In this document: positions 42,927-55,519 of the stretch, piece by piece
Layout of the letters: every line of letters starts with the position of its first letter
Position numbering within the stretch: the stretch's first letter is position 1
Virus record (IMG/VR): IMGVR_UViG_3300020049_016248
Reading direction: 5' to 3' (one strand)
DNA length: 64,000 nucleotides
Origin: a virus
Lineage: Duplodnaviria > Heunggongvirae > Uroviricota > Caudoviricetes
Program-made: the position numbers and the translations under genes
Notes under the pieces: model-generated
What the model saw: the letters and a program-made list of their open reading frames with translations, nothing else
Database searches by the model: none
Told to the model about the DNA's origin: nothing

Positions 42927-44006
42927 ATGAACAATTTAGATAAACAATACTTAGATCTTGCTAAAGATATTTTAGAAAACGGGGTAAAAAAAGCAACAAG
43001 AAATGGAGATGTTTTAAGTGTATTCGGTAGAACTATTCGTCATAAAATGTCAGAAGGTTTTCCTTTACTTACAACAAAGAAAATGTATTTCAAAGGTATT
43101 GTAACAGAATTGTTATGGTTTTTAAAAGGTGGAACAAACATCAAATACCTTTTAGACAACAATTGTCATATTTGGGACGGTGATTGTTATAAGAACTATG
43201 AACAAGAATGGTTGAAAGAAAACCCTCCGATGTCAGGACCTTACACTGAAAAGATGTTATCTAAAGAGGAGTTTATTAACAGCATTAAAACAGATGATAA
43301 GTTTGCTGAACAATGGGGTGAGTTAGGACCGATTTACGGTTCTCAGTGGAGAAAATGGGAAGGATTTCATGAAGCATTTGGTGAAAGTAATAGGTTTATA
43401 AAAAACACAAATGATATTGATCAAATTGAAAATCTTATCAATGAACTTAAAATAAACCCTGACTCAAGAAGAATGATTGTATCAGCGTGGAACCCAGCAG
43501 AGTTGAGTAAAATGGTCTTACCGCCTTGTCATTATGGGTTTCAAGTCTATACAAGAGAGTTGAGTTTAGAAGAAAGAGAAAATTATTTTAGAAATGAAAT
43601 GGGGATGAAAAATATTAATTTTTTAGTGTGGTCTTTAGAAGGGGAAGAAGGGTTACATAAAGAATATGACAAACAAGGTGTACCTAGACGAGCAATTTCT
43701 TTAATGTGGAGTCAGAGATCAGTTGATCTCCCGTTAGGTCTTCCTTTTAACATTGCTTCATATGGGTTACTATTAGAAATGTTAGCAGATGAAGTTAATA
43801 TGATGCCTGATGAGTTAATTTGCAGTCTAGGTGATTGTCATATTTATCAAAACCAAATAGATGGTGTAAAAGAGCAATTAACAAGAGAACCTTTGTCACT
43901 ACCAACAATTCATATAAGAGATGGGATTTATTGTTCTTCTGTTAATGATGTTATTCTTGACAAGTATATAAGTCACCCAGGTATTCATTTCCCTTTATCT
44001 AATTAA
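42927..44006 (+). CDS. thyA: thymidylate synthase
   Basis: FPLLTTKK, ELLWF, LGPIYGSQWR, DSRR, LPPCH, QRSVD, GLPFNIASY, GDCHIY. Confidence 0.97.
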   Translation: MNNLDKQYLDLAKDILENGVKKATRNGDVLSVFGRTIRHKMSEGFPLLTTKKMYFKGIVTELLWFLKGGTNIKYLLDNNCHIWDGDCYKNYEQEWLKENPPMSGPYTEKMLSKEEFINSIKTDDKFAEQWGELGPIYGSQWRKWEGFHEAFGESNRFIKNTNDIDQIENLINELKINPDSRRMIVSAWNPAELSKMVLPPCHYGFQVYTRELSLEERENYFRNEMGMKNINFLVWSLEGEEGLHKEYDKQGVPRRAISLMWSQRSVDLPLGLPFNIASYGLLLEMLADEVNMMPDELICSLGDCHIYQNQIDGVKEQLTREPLSLPTIHIRDGIYCSSVNDVILDKYISHPGIHFPLSN

Positions 44007-44081
44007 TAAAAGTAATTTTCTTTAACCTTTAAGAAGTGAAAAATTATTGTTGTTTAGAGATAAAGTTATAATTTTATATTT

Positions 44082-47000
44082 ATGCGTTTTAAAGTAGGTG
44101 ATAAGGTAATTATAAAAACTAAAGAGCAAATTTATTCTTCTGGATATAATCCAGAGGATGGATTTGGTGTTTGTAAAAAAATATCAGGATGGTATTTTTC
44201 ACCTAAGATGTTTGAATATTGCGGAAGAGAATTAACAGTATCTCATATTGATTCTTTTTCTCATGAAAGCGTTCAAATTTTATACTATTTTAAAGAATGT
44301 ACTGATACTTGGAGCTGGTGTGAAGAATGTTTTCAAGAATCAATAGATATAATAGTTGCACAAATTGATAGAGAATTATGCTCGATATAAAAACTTGTAA
44401 TAATCTTTTAGGTGAAATAATAGAATTAAGTACAGTTTGGTGTTTAGATCATTTAGTTCGATATCAAAAACAAAACGTTATAGACGCTAAACATCTAAAA
44501 CCTGGGAAGCAAAAATTATTTATTTGGTTAGAAGAGTCTGAGTTAGAATATTTAGTCCCTCTCAATCAACTTCAAGAAATTGTTGTTGAGATAAATAACG
44601 AATTGAATTATGATAAAGAAAAAATTTAAAATAGGTGATTGGGTGAAAGTATTTTGGTATGGTCCTAGATATATTTTCGGTGAAATCATTTGTTTAGAGT
44701 TAGATGAAGATTGTGAATTTATAGTGCGATTTCCATCTTTTATTTTTGAAGAGTTAGAAGACACAGCTGATATGAAAGGTGAACTTATTGACTATAATAT
44801 GTTAGGGAGATATTTTATTGGAGAAAATGTATCAGGAACTCTAACAAGTATTATACCGAGTAATAAAGAAAATGAAGAAAGTAAATATCTTTGGTATCGC
44901 TATGATGAAAACTTAGTTAAATTAGTTGAAGATTTTACATTAGAATTAACTATCGCGAAAATAAACGATGAATTAAACAAAAGAAAATGATAGAAAAAAA
45001 CAAATTAGGCGCTGGTATTTCTTTTACTTTAAGAGGAAAAAAGATTAGAGGTATTGTTTGTGGTGAAAGGACACATGCACAACCTCAATACTTCACTGTT
45101 GTTCATATATTAGATTCTTCTGATGCTAGACTTATTGAAAAGTTTTGTGTAGGAGCAGGCACTCGAAACGATGATGACCCTGAAATTTATAATGTTCACA
45201 ATGAAGGTGAAATATATTCAGCTTCATCATTAGTTATAGATTCGAAGTATTGGAAAGATTTTATACCTTACGAAGAATTTGAATCTATAAAGTCAAATTG
45301 TTTCTATGTTTCATTAGGGAATTTAACTCTATGGGATGAGGAGGATGAAGTTCATAATTTGATTCGAGAAATTGATTTTGAGTTAGGGTTAGTTGTAGAT
45401 CCTAGCCCAATAATTATTGATTAAATAAGATTATTAATATAACTAATTAACTTGATATGGAATTAAAAATAGGGAGTTTAGTAAGAATTAAACTAATTGG
45501 AGAAGCACGAGAAATTCAAGGTGTTCTTATAGGTGAAAGAAAAGAAATAGAACCTCACTTTGCCACTGCTGTATATATATTAGACTCTACAGATAGTTGT
45601 AAGTTGTTAAATGAATACTCAATTGGTCATCAGAGTGTTAGATTTGTAAATCCTTTAGATAAAAGTATACATTCATTTGGGTCAGATGTCTGGTTAAAGT
45701 TAATTCATGTTAACTTGTACAATCGCATAGTTAATAATAATAAAATTTATTTAATTGATTACGAGAACTTAAGCCCTATTACCAATAATGATGGTAAGGT
45801 TATATTACTAAATCATAAAATGCTTGAGGTAATTGTAGGGATAGATGATGAGTTGAATAGGAAAATAGTTCCGTATGAAAGTGTTTATTCAGTAGATGAT
45901 GAATTATATTCTGTTGGAGCATAATGAAAAATACAAAGACAAATCATATTGCAAAAGTTTTAATGAGAACACCTATTGCTATAAGGTATTTTTCACAACA
46001 AGAACTTATTGACATTTTAAACATGGTAGGTTTACCTTTAAATAGAGTTGTGCTCGATTCAAACGGGTTACTTTCTTTTTTTTGGCATAGTCAACAAAAA
46101 ACATTTACTTTAGAAGATTTAAGCGATGGTTTTACTATCGAAAGTGGATTTGATCTTGAAGACCAAAACTTTTATGAAGCAGAACGAGGATGTGACTTTC
46201 ATCTCTATCAATATGATAAAACAAGTTATTATAAAAATTATTCTTATACAATCTTAAACTATTCTGAATTTATAGAAAAATGTGAATTTTATAAAACTTT
46301 AGAAGAAATAGAAAACGAATTAAACAATGGACCAATTAACAGAATTTAAAATAGGGAAGAAAATTGAGCTTAATTTTCATTTACCAGGTGTTTCAAATCA
46401 TATTGGAAAAGGTATTTTGATTGGTGAGAGAGTTGAACCAGTTCCATGGAAGAGTACATTAATATTAGTAAATAATAAAACTGATCGAATGTATTTAGAA
46501 AGAATTATCGAGCAAGGTGTTTTAGGTGAAGCATTGAGAAAGTTAACTGATAATTTGCACTTAGTAGATGCAAAATTTTCTAGTTATTCTGACACGTGGG
46601 AAAACTTATTAGATTATGAATTGTTGTTAAAGTTGCATAAAAACATCTATTTGATAGATTATCAACATTTAAACCAAATTTTTGATGCAAAAACTAATTT
46701 ACCTTTATCAGAAGATTTAAAATTGTTAGAAGTAGTTTCTAGTATAAATACAGAATTAAATGAAGTATAAATTAAAAGATTGGGTTTCTACAGAATATGG
46801 CTCTAAACAAATAGTAGCTATATTAGAGTATTTGGGAAGTATTAATTATATTTTAGGTTTTCATGAAAAGGACAACCCTGACTTTGATAGTGTTTGTTGG
46901 CCCAAGTTAAATGATATAACATTTCAAGAACACTATAAAGTATTTGATGATATTCAAATACTTGAAGAAGTATCTGGTGCTTTCTTAGTGTTGAAAAATT

Positions 47001-47428
47001 ATATTGGATATCGTTGTATATCAGAAAGTGAAATTTTTACAGTTGAAAAAAGGAGTGAATTAATTAATCTAGTTGAAGATATTAATATAGAATTAAACAA
47101 TTAAGATATGATAGAAATAAAATATAAATTAGGTGAGTGGGTTTACTTTAATAATGCATTACTCCAAATTGTAGCTATCATAAGATCAGATAATGAAATT
47201 CATTACATTTTAGGTTACAAAGACTATTCTTTAAACCCTAGCTGCTGGAGAAAACCAGAGTCAACATTTTCTGAATATTATCGCAGCAGGTCAGACACTT
47301 TAATTGTTTTGGAAGAATTACCCCCTGACCAATTACCTTATAAACTCTTTTTCGGTGTCATAGAGTATGACCTTATAAATGAATTTGAAAAAGTAGTACT
47401 TCAAATAAAAGAAGAACTTGTTACCTAG
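44082..47428 (+). CDS. array of 9 consecutive small ORFs, all carrying the tag
   Basis: Starts 44082, 44378, 44610, 44987, 45457, 45924, 46327, 46760, 47108. Confidence 0.75.
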
Positions 47429-47545
47429 TAATACTCAATAGAATCAATGGGTTGAAAGTTTACTAGTTATATCATATCTTTAGATTATAAATTAAATGGT
47501 ATGAAAACAGTTAATTACATAACATTAACAAATTAAACGATTAAA

Positions 47546-48460
47546 ATGAAAAAAATAAAAGTAATAAGCAAAGGGTATACTCTTACAGTTGTTTCCTGGG
47601 AAATTGATGATGCTACATTTGAATTTAACTATAAAACACAACAAGTTACTGTTGAAGATAAAAACGTTGCAGCAGCACTTGTTAAAATGTGTAGAGAGTT
47701 ATTATTATCAATAAACAATAGTACAACTGGTGTTGGTAATGCTACAAAAGATAAAACAGAAACTGCAGAAAAACTAGTTGTAGAGTTTATGAAAAGCAAC
47801 CCTGTTTTATGTAACGGTAAAAGTGAAGCTAAAAAGCTTATCCCAATTGCGAGAGATTGGATTTATAATCTTGTAGATAGTTCAGAGTATTATTATGCAA
47901 GAGTGTGTGAAAGTGTTTCAGTTACTTATTCCTCTGAAGATGTTTATTTAGAAGAAGTTAATTTTTAAAATGGAAACACATTTAGAGAAAATAATAAGAC
48001 TCTTTGATGAATTAATTGCTGAAATTAAAACTCTTCAAACTGAAGAAGAAAAGCAAAAACAATTAAATAAAACAGGTAAAAAGTGAAAACAATTCCAACA
48101 GCAAAAGAATTTCTTAAAGAAAAAGGCATTGACAATGAACTTGTTGAAGAGCTTTTAATAAGTTTTGCAAAATTACACCTTCAAGCTCAAAGAAAAGAAA
48201 TGGAAAAAGAAAAAAGTTACAGAGGAATGTTGGTGGAAGTTATTGTAAAATCTTTCATCACAGATTATTTATTTCATTCAGTAGATAGATTAAAAGAAAT
48301 TTTACAAGAGAAATTAGACTTAAACTTAAAGTTCGATACAAACGTTTCAGAAATTGAAACTAAAAATGAACATGTATTAGGTAAAATTTCTTTTGAAGAT
48401 GAAAATAATGTGGTGAGAGTAATAGATTTTACAATAGCTGGTAGTTCGGTGGTTGTTTAA
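47546..48460 (+). CDS. hypothetical ORFs 47546-47968 and 48083-48460
   Basis: ORF track. Confidence 0.55.
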
Positions 48461-48464
48461 AAGA

Positions 48465-48512
48465 TTTATCGTAGCATTCGATTAACAAAGTTTATCGTAG
48501 CATTCGATTAAC
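48465..48512 (+). repeat. 22-bp direct repeat, two copies
   Basis: tttatcgtagcattcgattaac at 48465-48486 and 48491-48512. Confidence 0.9.
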
Positions 48513-48597
48513 CTAACGGGTCTAGGGTAACCCAACTTGTTCATTGAAGAGCAAACTAGAGGGGAGAGAAAATTTCTCTAAAGAACTAACCTATTGA

Positions 48598-48626
48598 AAC
48601 TGTAATATTAACTTATTGCAGTTTTT
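48598..48626 (+). terminator. intrinsic terminator
   Basis: aactgtaata-ttaact-tattgcagttttt. Confidence 0.7.
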
Positions 48627-48657
48627 ATTTTAACAATAAAAGTAATATCTTTATCAT

Positions 48658-50454
48658 ATGGAAGGGAAACTAGAAGCAAAATGGGCTTTAAGATTTAAAG
48701 TAGGTGATATTGTTCATTTATTAGATCATGAAGCTTTATATTTTTTATATTACGTAAAAGAAATTAACTTTGAATCTGAATGTTATATTGTCAATAAAGG
48801 ACTTTTATACTTTGAAGATCAAGATAAGTTTGAGTTATATACAGGTGAAGTTAGAGAAGACTTCTTAGAAGAGGTTGAAGCATTCCGATTAGGGGAATTG
48901 ATAAAATCAATCGATTACGATTTATATATGTAATATGATACAATTGAGAGATACTTTCGGACATAAGTTATTAATAGATACTGAAGAGAGTATAGGTTTA
49001 AAGGAGTGGTATTATGATAGTCTTAAAGGAACAGTATGGCAGAATATCAGCAACTCTGCTTTAAAAGAAGCTTACCCTTTCTGTTTTAAGATCATTGCAG
49101 CTGAAAAAACACTAATAGACTTATATAACATGAAAAAGGTTGAAGAGTTTTTAATTGCTAAAGAACCTGAAGAACAATTTGACTTTCTTCATTTAACATT
49201 AAGTTATAGAGGGGAAGAGTTATATGACTATTCTAATTCAAATTGGGGATATGAGTTGCAGCAACCATCATGGTCACGAGCAGAAGGGTCAAAATATAAT
49301 GGTTTAATAACATCTTCATTTGAATGTTATAAAAAAGCAGATGATAGTATTAATTTTACTATCGGAACACCACACGACTTATATCGCTTCTATTTAGAAA
49401 CTTTAGTATTACTCGAACGTGCGAACAATAGTGAAGAAATTTCAAGAGTTATAAGTGCAATTGATCGAGAGTTAAATGAAGACGAGCTTTAAAAAAGGGG
49501 ATATTGTAACTTGTATAGATAATTCTAATCTAGACATAGAAAAGAACGGTGTTTCTATAATACGTAAAGGAGCAAGATATATCGTTCAAAAGACTATGAC
49601 TTGTCATAAAGGTTGTTGTAACCTCATTGATATAGGTCTTTCAGTTGATTTCACAAGAACAAACTGCGGCTGCATTATAACAGATAAAAAATGGTGGATG
49701 AAAGCTGAAAGGTTTAGATTAGCTTCATCTACTATGAGCGAATTAGATAAAGTAGTCTACTCTATTAAAGAAGAATTAAATAAATAACTAATGGGTTCAT
49801 TTTTATATAACATAGGTGATATTGTAACAGTTCACTCTCCAGGTAAGTGTTACTCTCGCTGGGTGGAGATGTTTAAATATCTTGGGTTCAAGAACGTTAA
49901 CCCAATAGATGAAATTAATAAGAATCATATTCAAAACCAAACCTGGATTGTGTTCAACTCAATAGAACATAGTAATAGACGAACAAATATTTATGCTATT
50001 CGAAATATAAACAACTCAGATGAAGAGTTATTAATAGATGAAACAGGTATTAGTTGTGATTCAAGTATTAACGGTATAGTTTCACAGATCAATTACGAAC
50101 TTAACAATTCATAAGAAGATGTCTAATAATAAATTTAAGATAGGAGATATTATAGTTTGTGTCAACTCTGATAAGCTTCGACCAACGAGTAGGAATAAAC
50201 CACCTGTTCGTTTAGATAAGAGATATATTGTTCAAGATATTATAACCTGCGATAAGGGTTGCTGTAACCTTATTGATATAGGGTTCTATTGTCAAAATAG
50301 GATAGAGACTATGTGTGGTTATCAATTAGATGACGACATCTGGTGGGTGTCTGCTAGCCGCTTTATTAAAGATAATCTTAATAAGAAAGAAGTAATACTT
50401 ATTGAAGATGAATTACAAAGGGTATGTCATTCAATTGAAAAAGAATTAAAATAA
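48658..50454 (+). CDS. five tagged small ORFs (48658, 48935, 49476, 49791, 50119)
   Basis: FKxGDIV N-termini in four of them; tag at the C-terminus. Confidence 0.75.
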
Positions 50455-50459
50455 GTAAT

Positions 50460-50801
50460 ATGAAAAATAAATTCAATATAGGTGATATTGTATATGTTAG
50501 TAAACCTGGAATGATTCATAGTACTTATGTAGATATGTTTAAAGAACTTGGCTTCATTAATCAAGTAGAGAATTCATTATACTTAGCTGATCAATTACAT
50601 CTTAAAACTAAACCTTGGGTTGTATGGGCCGTTACTAAACATCCTATCTTTAAAACTTTTATTTATGCTCTTTAAACTTTAGACTCCTCACAAAGACAAT
50701 TATTAATACAAGAGAATGGCATTGGCTTTGGTCCTTCTTCTACCTTCACTTCTGTAGAAGAAGCTATTTTTATTATGAATATTGAACTACTACAAGAGTA
50801 A
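50460..50801 (+). pseudogene. paralog of 49791-50114 interrupted by in-frame TAA at 50673-50675
   Basis: Same frame continues TLDSSQRQLLIQENGIG..VEEAIFIMNIELLQE*, aligning with the paralog and the tag. Confidence 0.8.
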
Positions 50802-51065
50802 ACTTCCTACTAGAATTAAATTTATTTTTTTTGAAACCCGGAATCAGGTAGGCCCCTTTTTGGGAATAATGGGAGAGGCTAATTCTCATCGTCCCCGAGA
50901 TTTTAGAGTAAAAGTTGGTCTTTCATTTCTAATGCATTTCAAAACAAGAAATTCCAATATTCCGGGGAAATTTCCCCCTAAAATTTTAAAATAAAAGTTA
51001 CTTATCATAACTTACTTTCTATTAAAACTTTTTAAAGTTATATTCAATTCATTTATCTTTAGAAA

Positions 51066-53672
51066 ATGATAACTTTAGAACAAAAGATTCGATTTTCATT
51101 AGCATCTTCACCTCTTAAGATTTGCAATGCAACTGTCTTAGGGGTGTTAGCATGGAAAGGGTCTATTCAATATTTAGTTAGTATTGACGATGAAGAGTGG
51201 AGTAGTCAATATGGTTGGAATCCTATTCAACTTCCAGACTCGGGTTCAAGTAGTCCTGTTTCTGATTATATTACTTCTAGATTTAATTATGAAATAGTTG
51301 CTATGATTCCAGAATCATCTTTCAAAAATTACAATGCATGTTTATTTATCGACTCTTCTCAGATAGCATTATCAGGAGTTGAATTAGCAATAAGTCAAAT
51401 TAATGAAGAATTAAGTAGTTAATATAAGTCTCGTGAGAAAAACATTTCCTTTGCATTCAAAAGTAGTTTACCATGACCAAGATCGCGGTAAAACTTATCT
51501 CGGACGTGTATTAGCTATATTTGAATGTGGAACTCATGTAATAGGGTTTAAGAGTTCAGACCCGCAACCTGCTACTTGGAATCCTAATAGTCGAAAAACT
51601 CTCTCACCAGCACAGTATATTACATATGATACTAATTACTTAATAAAAGAAATAGTTCCAGCATGGGCTTTCGCAGATGAAAGATGTATGTATGTTAACC
51701 CTAATAAACTTCGAGAAGTAGATGATTTATTCAATTTAATAGCTGAAATTAATAAAGAATTAAAATAGTCAATGAATAAGAAAGTTTTAAAAGAACAAGT
51801 TTATTTAATGAAATACGAACTTGGTGTAGCAGGGAGTAAAACGTTAAGAAAAAAGTCAGCAAAGTATAATGAAAAATCTCTTTATAAAGAAGGGGAAATA
51901 GTTGAATGTGTTTTCGTAACAGGTGGCAAAGCAAAGATACATTTAATATTAGGAAAGAGTAAAAGACGTAATGCTCCGATGAATTATCTAATTGAATTAT
52001 CAAAAGGATCGAGTGGATGGGTATTATCTGAAAAAGAAAGATTACAATATGGATGTCATCCAGATAAACAATATAAAATAGTTTTAGAACAATGGCTGTT
52101 AAAAAAGCATTAAAATTCGGGGAAGATGCACCCCCTTTTAAGAAAGGTGATATTGTTGAATGTTTACCAGGTTTTGATGGTGCTGAAAAAAACGGTGGTT
52201 CAGGTTATTGGCCTGGTCGTATTTTTAAAATAGGAGAGATTTCAAACGCTGTAACTCCAATTGTACTCTGGCCAGATGAAAAGTATGATAGAGCACTTTA
52301 TAAACTAGAGGAGCTCAGTGAGCAAAGGAGATTTGATTTGAGGAACGGAGTGTATGGTTACGCGGTTACACCTATTGATGAGGCTATTTCAGTTGTAATC
52401 GATAAGATTAACATAGAGCTTAACAGTTTGTAAGTTTACAAAAAAAACGTTATATTTAGATAACTTAAAAACCCAATAAACATGGCAATCTTAAATTTAA
52501 AAGCTTTAATTTCGATTAAGGTTTATAATTCTGAAGTTTCTAGTAGATTTTATGTTAACTTTGCTCGACCAAAATGGTTATGGCGAAAGGCTCGACCAGC
52601 GCGAGTAAATTCTCTTTATGAATCACCTCTTTCAATCGAAGAGTTCCAAAAGAAGCATAAAGTTAAATATCACTGTAATGCACTTTGTTCTGAAGTAACA
52701 GTTAAACCATCTTGTCAGTTAGATTTCGGAACGGTAAAAGAAACTTTCTACTTCAACACAGTAGAAGAAGCTTTCAAGTTTCGCGATTCAATCAAATTTG
52801 AAAATACATTAGATACTGGTGATTACCCAGAAAATTGGTCTAACATATATTAATTAAAAAAATAAAACCATGGATATTAAAATCTTCACTCTCATCGGCT
52901 TAATATTTTTAGCTTATGAAATTCTAGTATTAATCTATACAACAGAATATATTAATATTCTCGAGAAGGTTAAAACTTTAGATGTTTTATTAGCAAAAGA
53001 CCCATCAAACGAACTTACTAAAAGAGAAACACTTTGGGTTGTAGTAAACATATTTTATTCGATATGGGGAATTTTCGGAATCTTAACTGATTATTTTTTC
53101 TTATTTGCTTTATGGTTTTTCATCGGTTGGGGTTTAAGTCATGTAAAAAGAGTTACCACTAATGATAATTTTAAATGGACACTCACTAAATTTGATGCTG
53201 AGATAAGTATTGCATTTTATATAGTATTGTTTGTTTCTGTATTCATTTATGGATAAAGCTTTTGACATAAACGGTGAAGAGCTTCATGTGCATGATAAGG
53301 TTTTAGAAACCTGGGAACATTCACCATTTTATAACCAGGTATTTGAAATAGTGAAAATTGACTCAGAGGGGATGGTTTATTACAGTAGACAAGAATTTAG
53401 TAGACTTTCATGTTCCCCTAGTTGTAAATTAAAAAAAGTTGAATCATTATATAATATAGTAAGTAAAATTAACAACGAATTAAATAGTTAGAACAATGGC
53501 AAGATCAGCAGGTAAAAAAGCAACATCACAAAATTTAGAAGGGAAGTCTGTTTATTTTTATGTTAAAGTTTTATCTTGCGGAACTGAATGTGTTCGTGGG
53601 CCGTATATGAGAAAAAACAAAGCAAGAAACGGTGAGAGATTAGAAGAGTATGCATTAATTAAATTTAATTAA
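51066..53672 (+). CDS. run of small ORFs (51066, 51433, 51772, 52092, 52482, 52870 membrane, about 53249, 53496)
   Basis: ORF track plus a 58-aa ORF at 53496-53672; four are tagged. Confidence 0.65.
52427..52458 (+). promoter_or_regulatory. Bacteroidota-like sigma promoter (TTTG-N20-TATATTTA)
   Basis: Matches the -33 TTTG / -7 TAnnTTTG layout, with terminal A. Confidence 0.5.
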
Positions 53673-53803
53673 AAATGAATATATCAGCAAACGTATTAGA
53701 GCAAGCAATTTTATTTGCTGCAGAGAAACAAACGGAGTATTATAGTGCAAAGTTAGATACAATGGTATTCTATAACGATTGCGGAGTACGTATTGAATTG
53801 GAT

Positions 53804-53898
53804 AAATAACGTATCGGGGCTTTGCGTAGTAGCCCTTAGTAGAACTTAAAATTAACCACGACACTTGATAGGGCTATTACGCAAAGCCCTTGTTATGT
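53804..53898 (+). mobile_element. attC-like site 1
   Basis: AAATAAC..gggctttgcgtagtagccct / agggctattacgcaaagccc..GTTATGT. Confidence 0.65.
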
Positions 53899-53916
53899 GC
53901 CGTTAAATTTAGAACG

Positions 53917-54093
53917 ATGAAAAAAGTATTTAAAAATGATGGTGATTTGATTTTGCGTTTTGCTAAAGATGCGAAAGAACAAATTGTTAAATGGCTTGAT
54001 GGTGTTGATTATGATTATGCTGTTCAATACGCAAAAGAAGCGGATTGCCCTGTTTTTGGTAAAGCGTTAGATTTTCCTTGTGTGGTCGCTTAA
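53917..54093 (+). CDS. 58-aa cassette-like ORF between the attC-like sites
   Basis: MKKVFKNDGD..FPCVVA; flanked by 15-nt inverted ends. Confidence 0.65.
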   Translation: MKKVFKNDGDLILRFAKDAKEQIVKWLDGVDYDYAVQYAKEADCPVFGKALDFPCVVA

Positions 54094-54097
54094 TGGC

Positions 54098-54196
54098 ACA
54101 TAACGTTTTGTGGCTTTGTGTCTGTTTGCCCCTTGCACAAAGTTTTAATTTACGACAAATGTTGATGGGGCAAATAGCACAAAACCGCTGTTATAC
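54098..54196 (+). mobile_element. attC-like site 2
   Basis: ACATAAC..tttgtg(t)ctgtttgcccc / ggggcaaatagcacaaa..GTTATAC with one extrahelical base. Confidence 0.65.
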
Positions 54197-54371
54197 GCTG
54201 GCACGGTTAAAACAGAAGGTATTTTACTTTACGGAAAAGTAGGTAAAATAGGTACAATTACTGGTTTCAGTAAAAACTACAGAGGTGTATCGTGTGTAAA
54301 CGTTACTATAAATGATGTTGTAGGAGAACTTATACCTGTAAGTTCTTCTTTTATTCTTTTAGAAGAAAAAT

Positions 54372-54797
54372 ATGTTAACAAATAAAGAAAAGAAAAAATT
54401 ACAAATAGAGTTAAAATATTTGTTAAAAAAACATAAAGTAAAAGTTCGTAAGTGGTCTAAGAAAAACCAAGGTTTAGCTTATATTGAAAAACGAGAAATA
54501 GAAATACCAAAAGTTAATTCTATTATTAGTTTTATGATTGGTTTGCATGAATTAGTTCATGTAATTTATAATTTAGATTATAAGCGAAGTCGTTTAACAT
54601 GCGAGTTTAAAGTTGAACTATTAACAATAAACTGGGCAAAAGAATATAACTTACATAAAGATTACCCTTATGAATTTCAACATTACATTAAACACACTAT
54701 AAAACATTTAGCTATGTATTGCAATCAGGAAAACAAATATCCCAAATATGTTATAAATTGGATGAGACAAAATGAGAATAAACATAAAAAAGTTTAA
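54372..54797 (+). CDS. HExxH metallopeptidase-like protein
   Basis: GLAY..EIEIP..LHELVH..E. Confidence 0.65.
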   Translation: MLTNKEKKKLQIELKYLLKKHKVKVRKWSKKNQGLAYIEKREIEIPKVNSIISFMIGLHELVHVIYNLDYKRSRLTCEFKVELLTINWAKEYNLHKDYPYEFQHYIKHTIKHLAMYCNQENKYPKYVINWMRQNENKHKKV

Positions 54798-55518
54798 TAC
54801 TAAAACTTACGTTCAAAGAGAAAACTGGGGGAAGGGACCTTCTAAAAAGAAACAAAAACAACCTCTTTTTAAGAGAGATACTTTCCATACAGTGAAAGAA
54901 GAAATGATTAAAGCAGAATCATTAAAATTATTCGGTTGGGAGAAGTATATAGGTTATGTTCAAATAGATCCTAAAAAAATAGTTCCAGCTATAGAACAAG
55001 GTTTCAGCACAGAAGAATATGAAAACATATTACTTTTACATTCTGAAATTGGAACTGTTTTTAGTGTAGAGATAGGTAATACTTTAGTATTTTCTTCATT
55101 TCATAGTTCAGCTTCATTTACTTCTACAACAATAAAGACTAAAGCTAATGAAACATATTTAGTTCCATTAAGTTTACTGAAAACTGTTGAACCAACAGAT
55201 GAAGAAGTTTATGTTGAATTAATGAATCGAGAATTGAATAAGTAAACTATGAAGCACACAATACTTTTAAGTAAATTTGTTGAAGTTCGTTTGAAAGAAT
55301 CTCAAACGAGTAGTTTTATGTCTCATGGAATAGTTTATAAAACAAATGAAATTTCATTCAACAGTTCAGCAGCTTTATTTGCAATCAGATTAGCTGATGG
55401 TTATTTTCACTTCCTTGTTTCTCGCTTCGATATTCTCTCTTCAGAAGATGAAAAGCTTATCAATGATATTATTTTTTTTCAACAAACAATACAAAACATT
55501 AACAGGGAGTTAAAATAA
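54772..55518 (+). CDS. two tagged hypothetical proteins
   Basis: End ELMNRELNK and QNINRELK. Confidence 0.65.
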
Positions 55519-55519
55519 A

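Noticed and set aside
48465-48512. CRISPR array
   Set aside because: Only two copies with a 4-bp gap, no spacers and no cas operon; the 14060 nuclease is a solo PD-(D/E)XK protein.
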